Source: an uncultured virus (IMG/VR IMGVR_UViG_3300023196_001660) (lineage: Duplodnaviria; Heunggongvirae; Uroviricota; Caudoviricetes; Crassvirales). From it: a stretch of DNA of 20,000 bases. Both the position numbers and the translations under genes were made by a program. The stretch is from IMG/VR virus record IMGVR_UViG_3300023196_001660; one strand, given 5' to 3'. Position 1 is the stretch's first letter; each line of letters opens with the position of its first letter. The notes under the pieces are model-generated. The model saw only the letters and a program-made list of their open reading frames with translations. It was not told the DNA's origin and did not search any database. This document shows, in pieces, positions 7,126 to 16,256 of this stretch.

Positions 7126-9975
7126 TTATATTATAAATTTAATATGTACATGGAGATTATTTCCTTCTCCATGTAATATGGTTTTTTCTATCCCTTTTTT
7201 AGTTTTTTCTCTATCACTTAAAGCGTGTATTTTTTTTGCTTCTACAGAAGCTTGACTATTATCATTTGCTCTAATATCTATTGAACGTGCTCCATGATTA
7301 GTTTTATGTGTACTATCTACAGCACTTCCTTCTACATTAGTTGTAGGATTTCTACTAATATCTGTTGCAAGTATGTTTGGATAAGCTTTAAATAGGTCTA
7401 CAACATCATCATAAATTACTTCATTTATTTTAGTACTTTCAAAATTATTATTAGCAAGTCTAATCTTTTCATCATTAGCTATGTCTTTAAGAGGAATATC
7501 TTCTATTGGCTTCCCTATATTAGCATCTTGCATAGAAAGAGTCATATCTGCAAATTGAGTTTTTAATGCAGTTACAGTATCTCCTCCTAACATCTTAAGA
7601 TTGCCATTTCTAATTTTTTGTACAGTTTCGTTACTTCTCATTTCATTTTCAGAAAGTCTAACAACATTACCTTTATTATCAAATCCTAAAAATATTGCAT
7701 TATCTCCTGAACCTTCTGTTATATAAAAGCTTTGACCAGTTGGAGAATTATTAGAATAGGACTTAACATTTCTAGTTAAATTCTCATTAATTCTAATAGG
7801 TGTATCAGCGTTTCCAATATTATGTAAATTCTTTAAATCTATATCTCTACTATATTTAGTAGAATTATAAAGACTAAGATTTGTTCTATCTAAAATATCT
7901 CTATCTGCTTCAGATAATGTACCTTGTTTAGCTTTATTAACTAATCTTTCTCTATATTTAACTAGATTTTCTTTAAAACGCTTTTCATAATTAGGGTTAT
8001 CTAAAAAAACAGGCATATTAACTCTTTCAGTTATTTCTCGTGTACCTTGTCTATCTTTAACTATGTCTACTTGGACAGTTAATGCAGGTCTATATTCTCC
8101 TGTTGAAATATCAGGTCTATAATCTAATGTAGGAGATACTTTAGAAGTTTCCCATTTAATATCTCCTTTCTTTTCACTTTCGCTACCTAATCCGTATGCT
8201 TCTTCTATTTGAGTTTTAAGGTCTACTCCTCCATGTACGGACTTCATTCCCATATAAAATGTAGAATTATCACTATACATATCTTCAACCATTTGCCAAT
8301 TACCATATAAAGGATGAGCAATTTGAGCTTTTAAAGGCATTTTAGAAAATAATAAAGTATTATATTGAGTAACATAATCTTTATCATTTTTATCTAATTG
8401 TTTTTCAAAATAATTAGTAGCATGTCTTATTCTACCTTTAGCTGTTGCTACTTTTTTATCTGTATATTCTTTATAGTTATCTGAAAAAGCTACACTAATA
8501 TCACCTTTGTCTTTTTGATTATTAAACTCTTCAATAGAGTATACATCAGTAAGACTTTCTAAAACTTCTTCATCAGTTAATGTACCATTCATTTCAGCAT
8601 ATACTAGTTTCCTTAATTCTCCTTTAGGAATATCTACCATTTTACTTCCAATAGCTTTATCAATTCCTTCATATTCTTCAAACATCTTATTCATATCTAC
8701 ATTATCAAATATAAGAGCTTGTTGTTCTTCTATATCATTTATAGTAAGTTGTTGTCGTTGTATCTTATCTAATGTAATTGCTTTAGCATTAGCATCAGCA
8801 GACCCTTTAAGATTTATTAAATCATTTTTAAGTTTTGCTAGATTATCTTTACTTTCTTCTAATACTTTAGCAGTCTTTTTAACATCATCACTTGAAATAT
8901 TTTGAACATTATCATATATATTTAATATTTCATATTCTTGTGTTTCAAGAGGTTTATTTTTAAGTCCGTATTCTTGTTGCCAATCTTTTAAATATTTAGT
9001 TTCTTCTTTAACAAAACTTTCTTTAACTACAGCAGCTTCAACAGCTTCATCCATAATTTGTTCTTTACGTACTATACTAAATACTTCTTCATTTGTTAAA
9101 TTCTTTTCTTTAATAATGTTTTCTAGTTCACTTGTACTTGGTAATCTATTATCAGTAATACCTAATAAAGAAGCTATTTCACTATTAGTTCTACCTTTTA
9201 AAACTTCTCTTACTTTTTCAGTTGTTAATTCTCCTATTGCATCTAATTCTAAAAATACATCTTCATTAAACTGAGATTGTATTAAACCATTACTTCTTAC
9301 ATGAGCTTTAGCAGCTGCTCTTATATCTTCTTCTGTAACTTCTTCTCTAGTACCTGCCATTAAGTACCCTTTACCATTTGGGTCACGTACAAGAAAACCA
9401 CCATTATAACTAAACTTATTACTTTTAAAACCATTCATAGCAATAAGAACTTCTTTAGATACGTCAATTTGAGGTTGAGCAAGTCTGCCTTCATACGTAC
9501 CAGTATACCCACCAGTTACATCACTTTTAGTTACGCCTTTATAATGTTTATCAGAGTATTGCATAAGTTGTCCCATTCTTTCAGAACTCATTTCCCCTTT
9601 ATCTACCTTTTCTTGTAACCCTTCCATATAGTCAGTCCTAACTTTAGAATTAGTTTGAACACGTAATAACCCATATTTATTAGTTAAATCATTAGCTAAT
9701 CTTTTAGTATCTACAATTTTATTTTCAAAATCACCTTCTTCACTAAATTGTGCAAAAGTTTCTTGATACTTATTATTTGCTCTATCGACTACATGTTTAT
9801 CTTTATCTATAAAACTTACTTGGTTTAAAGCAGTTTCTGTAGCATTTAAACTATCTATTACATAATTATAGTCATCTGCTTTATCTTTATACAATGCCTT
9901 AAGGTCGTCCACTGGACGACCTATAGGTTTAAGGGTTTTTGTATTATATGATAAGTCACTTAGTATTTGTCCCAT
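7126..9975 (-). CDS. 949-aa virion cargo/ejection protein, largely helical, with a C-terminal peptidase M15-like (Hedgehog/DD-peptidase fold) domain
   Basis: Long ORF between the cargo gene and the giant gene. Coiled-coil stretch KVLEESKDNLAKLKNDLINLK...IQRQQLTINDIEEQQ. The C-terminus ATDISRNP...STHKTNHGARSIDIR...NNLHVHIKF fits the S-x-H...D...H-x-H Zn-ligand pattern. Confidence 0.8.
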   Translation of the reverse strand: MGQILSDLSYNTKTLKPIGRPVDDLKALYKDKADDYNYVIDSLNATETALNQVSFIDKDKHVVDRANNKYQETFAQFSEEGDFENKIVDTKRLANDLTNKYGLLRVQTNSKVRTDYMEGLQEKVDKGEMSSERMGQLMQYSDKHYKGVTKSDVTGGYTGTYEGRLAQPQIDVSKEVLIAMNGFKSNKFSYNGGFLVRDPNGKGYLMAGTREEVTEEDIRAAAKAHVRSNGLIQSQFNEDVFLELDAIGELTTEKVREVLKGRTNSEIASLLGITDNRLPSTSELENIIKEKNLTNEEVFSIVRKEQIMDEAVEAAVVKESFVKEETKYLKDWQQEYGLKNKPLETQEYEILNIYDNVQNISSDDVKKTAKVLEESKDNLAKLKNDLINLKGSADANAKAITLDKIQRQQLTINDIEEQQALIFDNVDMNKMFEEYEGIDKAIGSKMVDIPKGELRKLVYAEMNGTLTDEEVLESLTDVYSIEEFNNQKDKGDISVAFSDNYKEYTDKKVATAKGRIRHATNYFEKQLDKNDKDYVTQYNTLLFSKMPLKAQIAHPLYGNWQMVEDMYSDNSTFYMGMKSVHGGVDLKTQIEEAYGLGSESEKKGDIKWETSKVSPTLDYRPDISTGEYRPALTVQVDIVKDRQGTREITERVNMPVFLDNPNYEKRFKENLVKYRERLVNKAKQGTLSEADRDILDRTNLSLYNSTKYSRDIDLKNLHNIGNADTPIRINENLTRNVKSYSNNSPTGQSFYITEGSGDNAIFLGFDNKGNVVRLSENEMRSNETVQKIRNGNLKMLGGDTVTALKTQFADMTLSMQDANIGKPIEDIPLKDIANDEKIRLANNNFESTKINEVIYDDVVDLFKAYPNILATDISRNPTTNVEGSAVDSTHKTNHGARSIDIRANDNSQASVEAKKIHALSDREKTKKGIEKTILHGEGNNLHVHIKFII
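7129..7420 (-). other. Peptidase M15-like Zn-dependent peptidoglycan hydrolase domain within the 949-aa CDS
   Basis: His codon at 7306-7308 (STH), Asp codon at 7276-7278 (SIDIR), HVH at 7144-7152, and an upstream Arg in DISRNP. Confidence 0.72.
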
Positions 9976-9984
9976 TGTAGTGTC

Positions 9985-11433
9985 TTAATTAATATTAGGA
10001 ATTGCTAAAGTTTTAGTAGTACCTGCTACAATAGCATCAAACTTTTTTAACTCTTTAGGATTATTGATATATCTTTGTCTTTGTTGTCTAGCATATTCAG
10101 GGTCTTGTTGTAGTTTTTTTCTCTCAGTACTACTAAGTAAATCTGCTCTAAGAGCTGTACCACCAACAGTAGTTTGTCTTGCAATTTCTAATCGCTCATC
10201 ATCATATTTAGTTTGTGCGTCAAAATTTCTTTTATCTATAAAATCTCCAGCAAGATTAGAAGCATTATCAGATATTCTACTTTGTATATCATTACTTCTT
10301 GCAAAAGCTTTATCTTGATATTGGTTAACAATTCCTAAGTTTTGTCTTGAAATATTTTGAGCATTTTGTACATTTTGATTATGTAGTCCTGCTTCAACAT
10401 TTTGTTTATTAGCCATTATCTTTGCTTTTTCTTCAGCACCCTTTAAACGAACAGATGTGATTTCATTTCTAGCAGTATTGCTATTAGAACTACTTTGTTT
10501 TATATTTCTAGAAGCACTATCTACTGCACGAGTAACAGCATTTACTTGAGGAGTTACATTAACTTTTGTTTTTAATGGTACTATTCTTTGTGTTACAGGT
10601 TTAGGTACTTTAGGAGAAGTTGCTGTTAAAATAGCATTCATTACATTATCTAAATAAGGAGCATATTTACCAAATTTAGATTCAGGTTTTGCAAGAGTAG
10701 TATCATTATTACCAAAATCTCCTCTACTTCCTAATCCTGTTCTACGTTCATCAATAAAATCACCAAGGTCAGCTTTACCTACAACAGTAGGTTCTGTTTT
10801 ATTAGCTTCTTGATGTTGAAATAAAGCATCTTCTTTAGCATCTAACAAAGCTAATTTTCTTTTACCTGTACTACGACCTATTCTATCTAATGTACCCATT
10901 TTCTTTTCTATTTTCCCTTTTTCTTTAGCAAGTTTTTCAGAATGTTCAGCATATGTTTTGCCATCTTTAAAAATAGTTTGGTCACTATATACCTTATTTC
11001 CGTCTTTAATAGTTTCATCACCTTCTATATTTAAAAAAGGTTTACCACTCTTATTTAATAAGTCCATACCACCTTTAGCATGTTTTGGACCTTTAGCTAT
11101 TTCTGTATCAGAAGAAATAGGTACAAGTTTACCTTTACTAGTAGCATAGCTTTGAGTATTACCGCCTTTAGCATATATTTTTCCACCTTTAGCTCTATAA
11201 TAATCTACAACTCCTTCACCTTCTGCTTTAAAATCTTCTAAACGCAAAGCATCTGTTTGTTGTGCGTTAGCTTCAGTTACAGCTCTAGCTTCACGTTCAG
11301 CTTCTTCCATTGCGTTCTTCTTTTTAGCATTAGCTGCTAAACCTGATACAAAAGATAGTCCTGCAATAGCAGCTCCAACAAATGCTTTAGGTGTTTTCTT
11401 TTTAGATTTTATTTGTTTTCTTTTAGTTCTCAT
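9985..11433 (-). CDS. 482-aa cargo/pilot (DNA ejection) protein, crAss cargo protein 1-like
   Basis: Directly downstream of the muzzle gene. It has a basic N-terminus, a hydrophobic Gly/Ala helix AFVGAAIAGLSFVSGLAA, repeated AKGG motifs, a GPKHAKGG...IEGDETI...KVYSD block typical of crAss-like cargo proteins, and an N/Q-rich helical C-terminal half. Confidence 0.72.
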   Translation of the reverse strand: MRTKRKQIKSKKKTPKAFVGAAIAGLSFVSGLAANAKKKNAMEEAEREARAVTEANAQQTDALRLEDFKAEGEGVVDYYRAKGGKIYAKGGNTQSYATSKGKLVPISSDTEIAKGPKHAKGGMDLLNKSGKPFLNIEGDETIKDGNKVYSDQTIFKDGKTYAEHSEKLAKEKGKIEKKMGTLDRIGRSTGKRKLALLDAKEDALFQHQEANKTEPTVVGKADLGDFIDERRTGLGSRGDFGNNDTTLAKPESKFGKYAPYLDNVMNAILTATSPKVPKPVTQRIVPLKTKVNVTPQVNAVTRAVDSASRNIKQSSSNSNTARNEITSVRLKGAEEKAKIMANKQNVEAGLHNQNVQNAQNISRQNLGIVNQYQDKAFARSNDIQSRISDNASNLAGDFIDKRNFDAQTKYDDERLEIARQTTVGGTALRADLLSSTERKKLQQDPEYARQQRQRYINNPKELKKFDAIVAGTTKTLAIPNIN

Positions 11434-11450
11434 ATCATTAGGGTATTTTA

Positions 11451-14400
11451 TTATCTATTACTTATTACACTTTGAGTGTTAACTTGATGTATATGTACTG
11501 TGTCATTATCTATATTATCTATGATTAAACGCACCGTTATAAATTTACCAATAAAATTCGACTTCTCAAACCATAAAGTTAAATTATTTATATTAGCAGT
11601 TATAATATCTCCATTAGCATCTAATATAGGATTATTTGGATTTATTACTAAATCTCTAAATTCATTAAAATTCCAATCACCTTCTGCATTACGAGTTAAT
11701 TCAAAATGATTATCTTTTAAATTAATAATACCACTACATTGATTATTATTATAAATCATAATATGTGTAATAGTCTTATATAATTCATTACCACCAGCAT
11801 TATTTATAACATCTGTTATCCATGTTACATTTTGAAGTAGCCTACTTAATTGGGATTGTTCATTAAAAATTAAATCTACATAAGTATCATACTTAACTCC
11901 ATAATATAAACCTTTAGTAAGTTTATCATTATGTTCATAAACAGAAGCTCTGTCAACTCCTAGTAATTTATTAGTAATACTAAATAAACCACTACTTGTA
12001 TAAAATATTAAATTAGGATGATAATCATGTTCACAAATCCAACTTAAATTTTGAGTTTCTAAATTAAAACTAAGAGTTTTACTAACATTTTCAAACTCAT
12101 TGGTATCACTAAATTCTAACTTATTTCCACTACGGGTATAAAACTCTCCATCAAAAGTAGTTCCTGTAGGACTTCCAATGAAGTTATACATTTTCTTTAT
12201 AAATAATAATCTATTATATTCTTTATCATATCCTACTAAATGTCCTACACTTATAAAGGGATTATCTATTCTTCTCTTTTCTCCAACATCGTCTAAATCA
12301 TAATAGTCTAATCCATTATCCCAATTATCCCAAAACCATCTTTTAACTCCTTTAGCAGAAATTTCTTTTACATCATTTTGTATTATAAATATTTGACCAT
12401 TAACTTGATTAACTGTTATATACATTCCTTTAACAATTATACAAGCAAATTTAGAAGTAGAACCTATATAACCTTTATCATCACTTAATAATTCTTCAGG
12501 GGGTCTATCAAATAGTTCACTAGTTCCAAGATAAGCATCTACATTTTCTGTTTTAAGTTTATCTTTAACAAGTGCAGCAAATAGTGTAAACCTATGCTGA
12601 ATAAATAAAGCACGTTCTTTACCTCTAACAGCTAAAATTTCTCCTTTATCATTAGGCATTTCATAATAATCACTAGCTAAATAAGTGCCTATTGCTTCAA
12701 TAGTTAAACTTTCATTAGGTAATTTTAACCCTCTATAAACTCTAAAAGGAAACTTATTTATAAAATCACTTTCTAAATCAAAAGTAAAAATAGTAATTAC
12801 ATTTTGTATAGAACTAAGAGTTTCTTTACCTCTTATATCAAAATCATAATCAAGTAAATCAAGTACACCTGCAGATTGGTCTGTTCTATCATCAGGAGGA
12901 GTATTATAAAGTTGAGCACCATTTACAGGAGAATTAAGACCTCTAACTTGTATAGGTAAACTTACGTGCCATCTTCTAACAAGAACATAGTCATATACTC
13001 TATGTAATCCTCTTGCATTTATATTAATAGCACTTTCAGTAAAATTATCTCCTCCTTTAAAAACAGTATTATCTGCAATAGTGGAAATTCTTCCTACTAT
13101 ATTTAAATCATCGCTTTTAAAACCTGTATATACGTTTAATTTAAAAGCATATGCAGTAATATTAAGAACAAGTCTACAAGCATACATTAAATCATTACTC
13201 CAAGGAGTACCACCTGGAAATGTATCTATTATATTTTGTCCTAAATAATCAGCCTTTAAATTAAGATTAACACCTTCTTCATGATGGTCAGTATTTTCTA
13301 TAGCAGAATTATGAGGTCTATATATTAAACCACTTTCACATTTACTATACCTATCTACATCAGGAATTACAAAACCTTCATTAAAAAGCCCACCATCACC
13401 ATTTTCAATTGCAACATAAGTACTAAGTACTGTATCTTCTGTATAGTCAATAAGTCTAAACTTATAATTAGTTTGTATAAATAAAGGTTGTAAACTAGGA
13501 CGAAATTTAAAAAGTTCATTACCTAGTAATCTAACTTTATCAAAACGTATTTGAGGGTCATCAACACCTTGATTTGTAGTACCAAAATTATAATATTCAA
13601 ATCCACTATCTGTATCTCCTAAGCCATCACCACCTGCATCAGCAAGGTCATCATGGTCATGTCGTCTAACTGCTACCCAATTTCCAGCAAGAAAAGAATT
13701 ATTAGAAGTTCTACTTACATGAGAAATTCGATAACCCTGTATTTGAGAAAGAATTGGAGCAGGAATAATAGTTGCAATATTAGTAATCTTAATACCATAT
13801 TTCCTATTAACCCAATTAGTATTAATACTATGTCCATAAGGATTACCTGAAGGAGTACTTGTACTAGCACCACTAGCCATTCCCCATCTATCATCAGAAG
13901 CTTCTGTATAAGCAATACCTCCAGTAGTTAAACTAGAATCATACATACTTTTAATACTTGGAAATCTATGATATCTAATAGGAGTATTCCGTAAATCACT
14001 TCCTCCTAAAGCATTATTATCGTAATCAAGTGTACTATCATATTCATCATCATTTGGGTACGTTTCTGCGTTTTCCCAATAACCCATTTTATTCCCACTT
14101 TCATCAGCAGGAACAGGATTAGGACTGCCACCTGTAGGTTGAGTCATACTTGCGGCAATTCCATTATTAAATACATGAAATTGTTTAAAACCAGTTTCTA
14201 AATCAGTCCAAGTTAAATCATATTGTGTTTTTTGTCCAGCAGTTAAAACATCTGTTTCAGTACCTTCAGCAACACGACCCGGAATATGAAATGCTTCAGT
14301 ATAACTACCATTTAGAAGTTGTAATTCAATATATAAAGCATATACTTCATCAGGCATAAAAGAAGCATCTTGTCCTTTATAATTAGTATTAGTTTCCTCA

Positions 14401-15401
14401 ACATATTCTACAGGAACTACATTAAGCATATTAGCATATTTCTGAAATTCAAATTGAGGAGCTGTTTCTACATTTGCTAAAATAGATTGATTATCATATT
14501 TAGTTATAGTATTAGCTTTTTCAAAATAAGCTTGTTCAAGTAAAATAGCTTCAGCAGATACTTCAGCAAAATTACTTAGAGAAGTGACATCAATAGTAAA
14601 AGTAGTTCCAGTATAATTAAGAATTTCACTTTCATACCCTATAAGAGCAGAAGCTACTTCACCTTCTTCTTCAGTTCTAACAGTTAGACCTATTCTTAAT
14701 CTACTAAATGAAAGGTCTAAATCAGTAAAATTTAATGTAAATCCTCTTTGTAAAGTAGGATTAACGTCTATACCTACATATGCAATATCACTTGAAGAAA
14801 AATATCCTGCATTACTATCATCATTATATACATAAGAAAATGTAATATAAACTGCAAATCCTCCAAACTCTCCAAAATCAAGATAATCTATACTAAGAGA
14901 ACCTTGATGTAAATTAGGATTTATATTAATAATAAAAATATCAGTAGGAGTAACAAGAGTGCCATCACCATTTACAGCAAACGGTAAAGTAGTAGTATTT
15001 AATACTCTTGGAGGATTAGAATTAGGTTTAACTCCGTCACACCAACTTACTATTAAATCTCCTTTATAATTGTATATAAAAATACCTTCTATTGGACAAT
15101 TTAATTGAAAGTTTAATTGGTTATCTTTTATAACCGTAGTATAAACAGGAGCGTCATTATTAGTATTTACTACTCCTATTTCATCTGTACCCGTATCATT
15201 CTTATGAAAATACACAACATGAGCATTAGTAGCTATAAACCCAATAACAGTACCCTTTACAAGATACTGAAATTTAAGACCATCTTCATTACTTATACTT
15301 TTATGTCCTTTAGTTAATAAGAAATTCTTTCCCCATTGCCAAGTCCCACTAGGATTATTAATAGGTAGTGTATCTCTTATTATGCTTTTAAAGTCTTTCA
15401 T
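11451..15401 (-). CDS. 1316-aa tail muzzle / tail stabilisation protein (crAss muzzle, P22 gp10-like role)
   Basis: Size, position and beta-rich composition fit. Motifs NPPRVLN, FQKYAN, DEVYALYIELQLLNGSYTEAFHIPGR, MGYWENAETYP, PIRYHRFP, FKGGDNF, YYEMPNDKGEI and WICEHDYHP resemble crAss-like tail stabilisation proteins. Confidence 0.82.
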   Translation of the reverse strand: MKDFKSIIRDTLPINNPSGTWQWGKNFLLTKGHKSISNEDGLKFQYLVKGTVIGFIATNAHVVYFHKNDTGTDEIGVVNTNNDAPVYTTVIKDNQLNFQLNCPIEGIFIYNYKGDLIVSWCDGVKPNSNPPRVLNTTTLPFAVNGDGTLVTPTDIFIININPNLHQGSLSIDYLDFGEFGGFAVYITFSYVYNDDSNAGYFSSSDIAYVGIDVNPTLQRGFTLNFTDLDLSFSRLRIGLTVRTEEEGEVASALIGYESEILNYTGTTFTIDVTSLSNFAEVSAEAILLEQAYFEKANTITKYDNQSILANVETAPQFEFQKYANMLNVVPVEYVEETNTNYKGQDASFMPDEVYALYIELQLLNGSYTEAFHIPGRVAEGTETDVLTAGQKTQYDLTWTDLETGFKQFHVFNNGIAASMTQPTGGSPNPVPADESGNKMGYWENAETYPNDDEYDSTLDYDNNALGGSDLRNTPIRYHRFPSIKSMYDSSLTTGGIAYTEASDDRWGMASGASTSTPSGNPYGHSINTNWVNRKYGIKITNIATIIPAPILSQIQGYRISHVSRTSNNSFLAGNWVAVRRHDHDDLADAGGDGLGDTDSGFEYYNFGTTNQGVDDPQIRFDKVRLLGNELFKFRPSLQPLFIQTNYKFRLIDYTEDTVLSTYVAIENGDGGLFNEGFVIPDVDRYSKCESGLIYRPHNSAIENTDHHEEGVNLNLKADYLGQNIIDTFPGGTPWSNDLMYACRLVLNITAYAFKLNVYTGFKSDDLNIVGRISTIADNTVFKGGDNFTESAININARGLHRVYDYVLVRRWHVSLPIQVRGLNSPVNGAQLYNTPPDDRTDQSAGVLDLLDYDFDIRGKETLSSIQNVITIFTFDLESDFINKFPFRVYRGLKLPNESLTIEAIGTYLASDYYEMPNDKGEILAVRGKERALFIQHRFTLFAALVKDKLKTENVDAYLGTSELFDRPPEELLSDDKGYIGSTSKFACIIVKGMYITVNQVNGQIFIIQNDVKEISAKGVKRWFWDNWDNGLDYYDLDDVGEKRRIDNPFISVGHLVGYDKEYNRLLFIKKMYNFIGSPTGTTFDGEFYTRSGNKLEFSDTNEFENVSKTLSFNLETQNLSWICEHDYHPNLIFYTSSGLFSITNKLLGVDRASVYEHNDKLTKGLYYGVKYDTYVDLIFNEQSQLSRLLQNVTWITDVINNAGGNELYKTITHIMIYNNNQCSGIINLKDNHFELTRNAEGDWNFNEFRDLVINPNNPILDANGDIITANINNLTLWFEKSNFIGKFITVRLIIDNIDNDTVHIHQVNTQSVISNR

Positions 15402-15402
15402 A

Positions 15403-15903
15403 TTAAAACTTATTATTTATTTGTTCTGCATTATCACTTGCCTTTCTACTATAAGCAAGAGCTTCTTGTTTTTCATCTTCTGTCCAAACAGTACTTCCAC
15501 CACCAGTAGCAATAGTTAAACCATCAACAGGGCTTTGTAATACTGTAATATCTCCTCCAACTCCTGTGGCTTTCATAACTTGACCACTTACACCACCAAC
15601 AAATTTAGCACCAAAAATCCTAGTATAGCCACTACCTCCCCAAAACTGTATTTGCCATCTTGCATTAACTCTTAAAATAATTTGTGAAAATAGTAAAGGG
15701 TCATCAGGGTCAGGTATTTTACCGTCTGGATATAAAATCTCAGAATCTTGATTTACATCAGCTTGATTAATATACGGATGCAAACTTCCTACAGGATTTA
15801 CTCCTGCATCTTGTACAAAATCATGAAGTGTCTGTCCATCTATTTCTGTAGTCGGAGAAGTAATCAAAATTAATTCATTTACATAGTCTAGTACTATAGG
15901 CAT
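15403..15903 (-). CDS. 166-aa hypothetical phage structural protein (fibre-cassette associated)
   Basis: ORF track. The gene is coupled to both neighbours with 2-nt and 1-nt gaps. It has a beta-rich body, a GGGS linker and a short C-terminal helix. Confidence 0.75.
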   Translation of the reverse strand: MPIVLDYVNELILITSPTTEIDGQTLHDFVQDAGVNPVGSLHPYINQADVNQDSEILYPDGKIPDPDDPLLFSQIILRVNARWQIQFWGGSGYTRIFGAKFVGGVSGQVMKATGVGGDITVLQSPVDGLTIATGGGSTVWTEDEKQEALAYSRKASDNAEQINNKF

Positions 15904-15905
15904 GA

Positions 15906-16256
15906 TTATCTTTTAGAATTTCTTAAATCTATATAATATTCGTCTAATTGTTTAGTTAGTGTATCTACAATATGAGTATTTTGTATTCTTAATTCTTTAG
16001 CTATTTTTACTCTATTAGAGAGCTGTGTAATATTAACAGTCATTTGAGTAATGGCTATATCCATAGCTTCATCATTATAGTTACGTTTACCTTTTTGCTT
16101 TTTATAAAATCTTTTACGATTAATTTCTGTACCTACTGCACTTTCAAAAGCTAATATATCCATATTGTTTCTATTTAGGAGAGATTTATGTTTATCTAAA
16201 TCTCTCCTAATAATAACATCTATACCTTCTATAAAAACAGTTCCTCTAGCTTCCAT
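15906..16256 (-). CDS. About 116-aa basic helical/coiled-coil hypothetical protein
   Basis: The ORF track gives 15906-16307. The internal ATG at 16256-16254 (MEARGTVFIEG...) overlaps the upstream TAG by only 11 nt (ATGGAAGCTAG) and is the more plausible start. Confidence 0.68.
   Translation of the reverse strand: MEARGTVFIEGIDVIIRRDLDKHKSLLNRNNMDILAFESAVGTEINRKRFYKKQKGKRNYNDEAMDIAITQMTVNITQLSNRVKIAKELRIQNTHIVDTLTKQLDEYYIDLRNSKR

Noticed and set aside
2778..7136. Short plus-strand ORFs (2778-2978, 3682-3936, 3789-4091, 4254-4445, 4977-5243, 5551-5745, 6891-7136)
   Set aside because: Antisense shadows of the giant minus-strand gene. Their F/S/I/L-rich composition is what the reverse complement of E/K-rich codons produces; for example 4977-5243 mirrors the Glu/Lys linker.
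1..15401. Inteins, group I introns or homing endonucleases, frequent in crAss-like RNAP and structural genes
   Set aside because: No frame interruptions, and I noticed no LAGLIDADG or HNH motif or intein-type C...HN-[CST] boundaries. The 113-codon insert lacks intein termini.
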